Positions 55,125 through 64,000 of a stretch of 64,000 bases of DNA are shown piece after piece. The stretch's first letter is position 1; each line of letters starts with the position of its first letter. The notes beneath the pieces were generated by a model. It was not told the DNA's origin and made no database searches. It saw nothing but the letters and a program-made list of their open reading frames with translations. The stretch lies in contig CM022665.1 in the NCBI GenBank assembly GCA_012295275.1, forward strand, positions 6,944,001 through 7,008,000, read 5' to 3'. The position numbers and the translations under genes were made by a program. Origin of the DNA: Chrysomallon squamiferum. Its lineage: Eukaryota > Animalia > Mollusca.

Positions 55125-58100
55125 TCAAGTTATCATTATGTTTCAGAAAATTAATGTAAAACAAACTGCAACCTGATATAGTTGGTTTATTTACACAGTT
55201 TTCAATTATTCTTCAGTAAATCATGTGTTTTTATAAATAAATGATCACGTAAAATGTGAATAAAAAATAACTGTTCCTATTAACATTTGTTCCTTTAGAG
55301 TATGTGTATTTATAAATAAATGTGCTACAGAATATGTGTATTTATAAATAAATGTTCTATAGAATATGTGTATTTATAAATATATGTTCTATGGTATGTG
55401 TATTTATAAATAACTGTCCCTTTAGAGTATGTGTATTTATAAATAGCTGTTCTGTGGAATATGTTTATTTATAAATAAGCGTTCCTGTAGAGATGGGTTT
55501 ATAAATAACTAATAACTGCAATCAGATTTGTTTGCGTCAGTTTGTAGTGTCTGTTGGTTGAATGAGTTTTCTCTGATATGAAGTGAAGAGCAGAAACTGT
55601 ACAAAACTCTGCACTACACTTTGTCCCAAGTCGGCGTCAGTGGACCGTGTCGCCAGCAGCACTGGGTCATTATCTCAATTTGCCGTGTTCTCTAGTGCAT
55701 AATTGAGAGGCCCTGCGATCGCACCACTGGATGTCATTGTGTAAATTATTGAAAAACACAAAAGGAGATTGTTAAGCACTCCAGACTGCATTGTGCACCA
55801 ACACCAATATTTACACAAAGCTGGCCTTATAGCTCAGAGACAGTGTAAACACACTTCATGAATGAAGTATCAGTGTTTGTGATAGTGTCAATACTTAAAA
55901 ACGAATGTATTTTTAATATGGTTTCAACACATTACACAACAATTTGTAGACAATTAATACACCACAGAGAAGAGATCTATAATGTCACATATAAATGTGG
56001 TAAAGAAAATTAATAGTGCTGATCTGATGCACATGAGAAAGTTTTTAGAATGAACATTAATTGATAAACTGGCTGCGTCTTTTGTTTTTATATTTTTGTA
56101 AATGGCTACAGTATCAAAATTGGTTTAGTTACTTAATTATTAAAAATCTGTACATTCAAAATTAAACAACTTAGCAGTATTGAATAAATAACTTTGCTAA
56201 ACATCCACAACAGTCATTGTAATAAATAAATGTAAAAATTCACTTTTAAAATTATAATTAAAAAATCTAGGTGTTCTGACTATATTAATCTAATGTTGAA
56301 AATACACAAAAATTATTCTAAATAATTCTTTTGTTTATTTAAAAAGCAGAGTTATAGTATCAAATAATTGTTCTAACAAGAAGTAAAAGATGTTTGTGTT
56401 TAATAGATGAGAAAACATTGGTATTTAAAATTATTTATTTCTACAAATTATAATTTATACAAATCCATGACAACTCATCTACATGTATACTGTTAAGACT
56501 TTATTTTTTATGAATTCCTGAATAACATTTATAAAGAGTTAAAATTAAGTTACAAAAAATATAAGACAAACACAAAATAAAATGAATGAATAAGTTATAA
56601 TGGAATTCTATTCAATACCATGTCTAGTAAAGGTTACAAAAATTCAACCTAGAGTTTGTGTTTTAATCATTTAGGTCATCCGCTATCTTTCTTTAAACTA
56701 AGAGATTATAAATATTTCCTTTTTCTGTCCTAGTCATCTTGTTCACGACTTAATTGTGGCCAATTTAACATTTTCTGAAAGGAAGTTTAACAAAAAATCA
56801 TTGATTAATAGTTCTCATCTAAGGATATTGTTAAAAGTATTGCTTCATTGACCTTGTATTCATAACTTTGAAACAAATGTTGTTTCTTTTGTTCTCCTTT
56901 TATGATATGAAAGTTTTTTTTTTCCCTGCAGTTTATTAAAACAACAATTAAATCAATTCAGTCTTTGATCTGTTTCCTATCTAAATTAATGTGATTGCTA
57001 ATTTTGTTGTGTGTTTTATCAGCCTTCATTATCTGGAGAATGTAGAAAGTGACCGTACTACATAAAAGACTGCAGATTTATTATAAAAGAACAGAGAGTT
57101 ACCTTTATTGTAAAATTCAGTCATTAAATAATGAAACAGTGCTCAAGGCAACCAATTGCTGTTTGACTGGAGAATAAAGTGACAGACAGGTTATCGAGAA
57201 CTGTTGTTTTTTTTTTCTTTTTCTTTTACAATATTTTTTTGCTGATTTGATTGTACACTCATGTTGCTGCACAGTGGGCCTTTTCTAGCACAACTAATTG
57301 ATGCAGGATCCATTAAGTCAGTTCCTGGCAATCAGTGTAAAAGCTTATCACAGACCTGGTCCATGCAAGTATTTCAACCTGTCCACGGGAAGAAACTTGT
57401 ACCAGGAAGAGCCACAATGGATGAATAATCACATATTATTTCATTTTGTCTGACAGGAGACAAGCGCAGATTTACAATTTCAATCAATGAGTGAGAAATA
57501 CTACACTGCTCTAGTTAATTGACTGAAATGTAATAATGAATTACCTTTCAGCAGTCAAAGAAGTTGAAGATAAAAAAAGATTTGTCTTTTCTTTTTTTTT
57601 CTTTTTTTAATAGAATAGATGAAATTAAGTTTGGTCACTCATCACTGTCTAGCAGAATTAAAAAAAAAAAAAAGTCTTCAAAGATGAAAAATAATAATAA
57701 TTAAGTGATAGCAGACTTGTGACATGTAATTTATTTGGTAAATGTTAGTAGTGGCTGAAGCTGATGGGATTGGAGAGTGGAAGATGGGCATATTAAATCC
57801 AGAGAACGGAGTGAAAAGGAAAAGATTAATCATCATCCTGTTAAGTGAATGGTAACCTCAGAGGACATCTTTCTTGTATTACAACATAAATTCTCCGCCA
57901 TCACTTCTTACTTCCATATGCCAGCATTTCTCTGCCTGAAACAAAATGGATGACATTCAGAGAGTTGACTGTAAACTACCATTCCTTGTAATGGATTTTA
58001 GAGGAAATTGCGCGAGATGACTCTTAAAATTATGCCTTAAACAAGTTCATCATGCCAGTCATTATTCTGCCTGGCACTGCTGTGTAATTTTCATTGTGGG

Positions 58101-60255
58101 GGTTTGTTTGAGGCTGTAATTTGCATCACTTATGCAGAAAGAAGGATTATGGGGGCCACAATTGATTGTTTAACATTGAAGGGTAAAATTACAGGCTCAA
58201 GTTAAGAAGCATTTTCAGACACTTCTCAATCGTTGCTAGGAGTGAATATTATTACTTTTATGTCCGAGTGTATCTCTCAGAGGTTAAAATTACAGAGCAA
58301 TTGTAGTTAAAAATTTTAATGGCTAGAAAAAAAGAATTGATCAAAGGATCTGTATTAGATATACAAACATCTAGTTTATTACAAATTAATGTCTATATTT
58401 ATTGATTGCCATTTAATTTACAACTAACATCTACTGAAATTGGGTTTTAACACTCTTATTATTTTCAAATAAACTTGTAAGCTGGTTACTGTATCCAGAA
58501 CCAAATTATTTATATTACTTTTTTTCATTTTGTATTTCCACAAAATCCTTGAGAAAAAGTATAGAGTTTGTGTAATATTTAGAGTGTTATAACAATCATG
58601 TGGATCAGTACAAAACAACAAGTTTGACTCACTGTTCAGTGCCTTCATTCTTTCCTATCTTGATCTACAAGAAATGTAAAGTGGAAACCCTAGACTTTAA
58701 ATAAGGATATATTTCTAGTTTTACTGCCTAGAAAACAATTGACATAAGATTTAGAAAATAAATAAATTGCCAATTAGTCACCTTGCATTTGAAAATATAC
58801 TTATCAGTATTTGTCATCATCATATACAACAAAAGTGAAGAAAAATGTCAAGTCTTTTGTGCGAGCAGTTGTTGTTTTGAAACAAAGGCCGAGGTTTTGT
58901 CACAGACTCACTTATTTTTTCTGTTGTTATGATGTCAGATATCTGAGTAAACTGACTGATTGATGTGTAGGTGAAATAGGCATCCAATGAGATCCACTTT
59001 CATGTTTGATGGCTGTCAGTCAATGTGTTCATTGAAAACTGCAGCAGTTTAAAATATTACATTTCCAATGAATTTTAACAAGTTCACCAGTACACGTTGA
59101 GTTGTTTAAATTACTTGTTCTACTGAGGGGCATCTTAGTACTTAACTCCCTACTACATAGTTCATAGTTACATTATATACATATACACACATACACATAA
59201 TTTAATAATTCTGTTAGTAAAGAAAAATTACTCTTTCTTTTTTTTTTTTTTTTTTTTTTTTTTATTTCTAGAGTGTTATTTTAAATAAGTTCAGGATTTT
59301 GTTAACAAAATTAAACAAGATTTTTTTTATAATGATCATAATTGTTTCATTTTCATTCTTTTATTTATTCATAATATTTCAGCCAAGTTAACTCTACATC
59401 ATATTTAACACAATTTTTAAAATTATACAGAATTAGCCAAAAATGTAAAGTAAAAATCTTTGTTCTGATAGAAAGGATATCCACTCAATGAATTCGTTTA
59501 TGTCTACGGTTACTGTTTGAAGTCTACCAACATCATTGCGCTGAAAGTCATTGACGTGAAAGACATGTTTTATCCTCATTTCAGAAAGAGTCTAGTTACA
59601 GCCATGGAGTGTGTTTGTGTGTGTGTGTGTGAGAGAGAGAGAGATGCATATCTAAGTGCATGTATGGCCAAATTTGAGAATTCTCATAAATTACTTTTAT
59701 GAATGCACACAGACACATGAATGCTACCACTAATTGATAACTTTCATCATGACACAGTCAAAATATACATTTTTATTTTTCATTTTTCAGCTGTTCTACC
59801 TAACAGATATCATGGAATGGAAAGTCATATATTGGGACGGTCTCATCTTTTCACAGAACCAGGTTTCTCAGAAGGAGAAAGCATTTTACAGGTATCCAGA
59901 ATTTGTTTAAAAATTATTTCTTTATATGCTGCATAAACTTTATCCAAAACAAATGTATGAAAGATTAATATATTATAATCAATATGTAGCTGTATAAGTG
60001 ATATTACATAACTCATAAATACTAATGAGAATAAATAAATGAATGAATGAATATTTAATGACACTTCAGACAAAAACACAAAAAACAAACAATTTTAATA
60101 ATAATGACTTGTAAATGTTGCCAGACTAAATAAATGAATATGTTTTTTTTATTAATGAAAATTTCTGCAACAGTAAATGTAAATAAATTAAGTTTCAGTG
60201 AAATTAATATTTAATAATATTTATAAATTTATTGCATTATCAAGTATACTTACTG

Positions 60256-60286
<31 letters not shown>

Positions 60287-61415
60287 GTTTTAATTAGTTT
60301 TTAAATTCTACTTTTATTTATTCATTCATTTATTTAGTTTTCTTTTGCATTTTTACTCTTCATTTTGTAATTAAATTGTTAATTTTTAGTTTTTAATTAA
60401 TAGTTGTTTAGAAAATATTACATTTTATTTTCAGGCATTGTATGGATTTCTATCTGTTGTAATTTTTAATTTTTAAAAATATTTTTGCTACTATTATTAT
60501 TTTATTTTATTACGTTTTTAATTCATTTTTAATTAATAGTTGTTTAGAAAATATTATATTTTATTTTCAGGCTCTGTATGTTTTTCTCTTTGTTGTAACT
60601 TGTTTCTTTTTCTAAGTCATAATTAAATTTTTTATTCTATTTTTAATTAATAGTTGTTTAGAAAATTCCATATTTTATTTCCAGGCACTGTATGGATTTC
60701 TGTTTGTTGTCACATGTGAAGGAGAAGTTTTCTTTGCCTCAAGAACAGTCGAACAGTATCTTGGTTTTCATCAAGTAAGAATTGTTCTTCATTAATTTTC
60801 ATTTTATGAGTAGACCATTAGACTTAAGAAATATAAAAATACTGTGCTGTGCCCAGATATAATGATACAATTTAAAAAAAAAAAAAAAAAAAGAATAAAG
60901 AAAAAGAAAAGAATAAAAAAAATAGAATTAAAAATCACTTAATATTTATTATTAGTACTGCTATCATGACACAATCATTATCTTTATCACTGTTATTATT
61001 ATATTATGATTATTATCACTAACACAGCCATCATCATCATTTCAGTAGTAATAAATGGCAATATTGAAGTATATCACAACTGAAATGAAAAATATTTATG
61101 CTTTAAGGAACTATTTAATTTAAAAAAAACTTCTATTTTCTTCTGGTTGTGAATGTGTGTGTGTGTGTGTCAATTAATTAAAGGCTATTATTATTTGATT
61201 GAATATTTTCTATCAACTGTCAAGACTGCTGTAAGTTTTTTTGTTGTATGTATTGATTACTTAGTGTTTGTGGTCAGTGACACACAGAGAAAAGATAATT
61301 GCTGACTGATGCTTATTTATATATTTAATTAACTATCCATTAAACTGTTTAAGTCTTTCCTACAATATTTTTAACTTTATAGCAGATTGTAAATTTTATT
61401 ACAGTAATAATAATA

Positions 61416-61453
<38 letters not shown>

Positions 61454-62575
61454 AATGATAATAATAATAATAATAACAACATTAAACAAATAAATAATAA
61501 CATCAAAAGTTGTCTTTGTCACTGTTAAATAACCCCGCTAAAAATAAATTTTTATGCATTCATTATTTTTAATAACCTTCCTAAAGCTTGTATGTTTACT
61601 TACTTGTAATTAATTTATCAGGCAAATTTTAGTCTTCTGTCACAAATCAGTAATTCATTGTGTTCTGTCAGCTTCATTCTCACCTGTATTAAATATTAAA
61701 ATTTACAATCAGGATTATGCAACTGCAGCCTTAGCTGACATTATTTTACATCATTCATTTGTGTGTGAGTGATTTTAAATAAAGACTGTTGCACTGGGGA
61801 GGTTAATTTAACACGTGATAAAAGTCTCATCTAATACAACATTTGATTAATACGTTAAAACTTTTCCCCAGTAAGTACACTGTAAAATATAAAACATTTT
61901 GAAGAGTCAGACTTCCCATGGTTTGTGTAAGATAATCTTAGTACAATCCTCAAGACTGGTTTTCCTTGAATCTTTTATTGATTGAGTGTCACCCATAATC
62001 CACTGAGTTAAATGTTAACTGTTGTAGTATTATGTGGCAACTTAGGAATGGACATTTAATCTCTACAGCGTCTGTTGATGTGTGCCTGACGAACCATGCT
62101 TGAAATGTATCCAGCACAACTCACATTAGGAATTAACATTGAAAGGGGCATTCGGTTCAAGGGAAATTGGATGATATTTTCATCCACCCTGATGTTTTTG
62201 TCTTGCCAGCATATGGTACTGGGACCTCACTACCTGTTCCGCACAGATGCTTGCTAAAATGTGTGATTAAAAAATTATGAGAATGTATTCTTTGATTTAT
62301 ACCACTCTGTGAGAGATTTAGTTGGCTGTAATTGCAGGTAGCAGTTCAGCCCTTCTGTCATCATAACAGCAGACCTTTTTTTTTTTCTTTTTTTTATGGA
62401 TGTAATGATAATAATTGTTGGAAAATAAACCATATGTTTATTTGTCATGTCAAGGCCCATTTCCCTAAAACGATATGAATTAATAATCAAGTTAATAGGA
62501 GCTTGTTAGTTTTGTTCTTTTTTTATTTTTATTAATTCATGAATATTTTTAAAACTGAAGTTACTAATGTGATTG

Positions 62576-62609
<34 letters not shown>

Positions 62610-62653
62610 TCAAAAATCAGATTAGTTCCTTTAATTTCACAAATATTCATAAA

Positions 62654-62684
<31 letters not shown>

Positions 62685-63509
62685 TCTAGTATTTATCATG
62701 TACTGAGCTTCAACTATTATGTGAATCTCTATGTATTTGTCTATTTGTGTATTTTGTGTATATCATAGATAGACAAAAATCATAAAATTAATTTGAAAAC
62801 AATTCAGTTGTAAAAGTTTTGAACTGTCATCATAAATTTTATATCATGTATAAAAAAAGTAAATGTTTTTAATTATTTGAAAGATGACAGTGTACCAGTC
62901 TGGTTATTTTCTGTTCCACCCTGAGCTTCAGTACAGGTGTTTAGTTACTAGTATATGCTTTCCTGTCTATGAGAAGGTAGTTATAAAAAAAAAATTGCTG
63001 CTGACCAAAATAATAGGTTTTCTCTCACTGTAATATTATAACTCAATGTATTTGCAGTCTGATATTATTCATCAAAGTGTTATGGAGCTGATTCATTCTG
63101 AAGACAGAGAAGAGTTCAAACGTCAGCTCACGTGGAACTCAAGTTTACCTCCAGAAAAGTCCAGTATTTCTCTTCATGAAATCATGTTGCCTGGTAATTT
63201 CATCATCCATTACTCTGTAACAAGAAATAAAAGTTTTAGGCAGCCACGGTCATGTAGTTAATATGTTAATATGTTAGAAAAAATTACTGTAAACTGTCCT
63301 CTCCAAACTGTTCGGGAATTTAAAAACATAAGTTTTAAAAACATACTGTATTAAATACAAATAAATATATTTATTAATTTATGCAATATTTGTTTTCACT
63401 TCAGAAAATCATCAATATCTTCATCGGTCTTTTACTGTAAGGTTCCGATGTCTTCTTGATAATACCTCAGGCTTCATTGTAAGTATAAACTGATTTCATC
63501 TATTATTTA

Positions 63510-63541
<32 letters not shown>

Positions 63542-63871
63542 AAAATATATTACTTAAGAACCTTTCTCTTTATACCTGTTAAGCAAAACCTACTTCAGAC
63601 AGAACATAACATTATGCAAAATCTACAAGTGAAAAATAATCTTTAAATAATGTTGTTTGTCATGTAGCAACTTTTCTCTGCAGACTCTTGAAATAAATGG
63701 CTGGATCCGGGTTCTGCATGGTGCAAACAGTCGGGTGGATGAGCTTCAACTTGGTCTGTTTGCAACGTGCTGTCCATTTGGTCCATTGTCTTTGTTTGAC
63801 ATACCATCCCGAGAACTGACCTTCAAGAGCAAGCACAAGATGGACTTCTCCCCCATCACCATGGACAACAA
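41269..63871 (+). CDS. AHR: Aryl hydrocarbon receptor (AHR/spineless orthologue), bHLH-PAS; continues beyond the window
   Basis: Exons are 41269-41333 ([21 protein letters not shown]), 53774-53961 (b[28 protein letters not shown]...[20 protein letters not shown]), 59791-59891, 60685-60774 ([30 protein letters not shown]), 63058-63193 ([20 protein letters not shown]), 63405-63478 ([18 protein letters not shown]) and 63684-63871 (FKSKHKMDF, start of PAS-B). All junction phases are compatible. Confidence 0.96.
44772..44867. repeat. Compound (AAT)n-(GAT)n-(AAT)n microsatellite
   Basis: Read directly. Similar compound arrays occur at ~43735-43850 and ~61405-61480. Confidence 0.85.
49159..49622. 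repeat. GT-rich minisatellite with a dimeric (~28+31 bp) higher-order unit in AHR intron 1
   Basis: Alternating subunits GTTAAATGTGGTGTTTGTTTTGTGTGACA and GTTAAAACATGGTGTTTGTGTTGTGTGTTT, about 16 subunits with no unique spacers. Confidence 0.9.
55223..55508. repeat. ~31-32-bp AT-rich minisatellite (about 8-9 copies) in AHR intron 2
   Basis: The unit is approximately GAATATGTGTATTTATAAATAAATGTTCTATA and contains the palindrome TATTTATAAATA. Confidence 0.85.
55633..55735 (+). other. Candidate structured RNA element (extended imperfect hairpin) in AHR intron 2
   Basis: Nested complementary helices found by eye: about 34 bp including 4 G-U pairs on the transcribed strand. No family assigned. 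Confidence 0.4.
60391..60717 (+). repeat. Triplicated segment spanning the 3' splice site and first ~9-11 codons of AHR exon 4
   Basis: TTTTAATTAATAGTTGTTTAGAAAAT...TTTTATTTYCAG|GCNYTGTATG... occurs three times, with acceptors ending at 60434, 60570 and 60684. Only the third continues as the full exon. Confidence 0.9.
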
Positions 63872-64000
63872 GTAAGCTTCATTTCTTGTGTAGTGTTAAA
63901 TATTAATAAAACATAATATGAATGTCATTATAAACATTTAAAACTTTTTATTTATTTATTTTTTTTTTTTTTTAGGTGATACCCCATTTCCAGGATTTTG

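Noticed and set aside
63976-64000. Next AHR exon starting after the TTTAG at 63975, which would read K then stop
   Set aside because: It is truncated by the window edge and does not match the expected PAS-B continuation. I cannot decide between this, the CAG at 63993 or a downstream acceptor.

Overview
This is an AT-rich, intron-containing animal genomic window, tentatively mollusc/gastropod (inferred from AHR and SINE features). It contains six genes that I reconstructed exon by exon from GT-AG junctions with consistent reading frames. (1) The 3' part of a large Cys-rich tandem-repeat protein (+, <1..4352) with at least 19 FN1/VWC-like modules and a Gly/Tyr-rich linker. (2) A TP53I3/PIG3-like quinone oxidoreductase (-, 5001..12653) that appears to carry an extra N-terminal hydrophobic leader exon and a C-terminal KQEL ER-retention-type motif. 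(3) PPIL4 (-, 14542..21158), head-to-head with (4) an SRD5A1/2-like steroid 5-alpha-reductase (+, 22298..24491). (5) An InaF-motif (INAFM2-like) small membrane protein (+, 26237..26575). (6) After a ~14 kb gene desert, the 5' part of the aryl hydrocarbon receptor AHR/spineless (+, 41269..>63871). Non-coding features include Tigger/pogo derivatives, a hAT-like MITE, a decayed SINE, mini- and microsatellites, a duplicated 63-bp upstream module, a ~103-nt G-U-rich intronic hairpin and a triplicated splice acceptor before AHR exon 4. No prokaryotic features or CRISPR arrays were seen. All calls come from reading the sequence; no database search was run.
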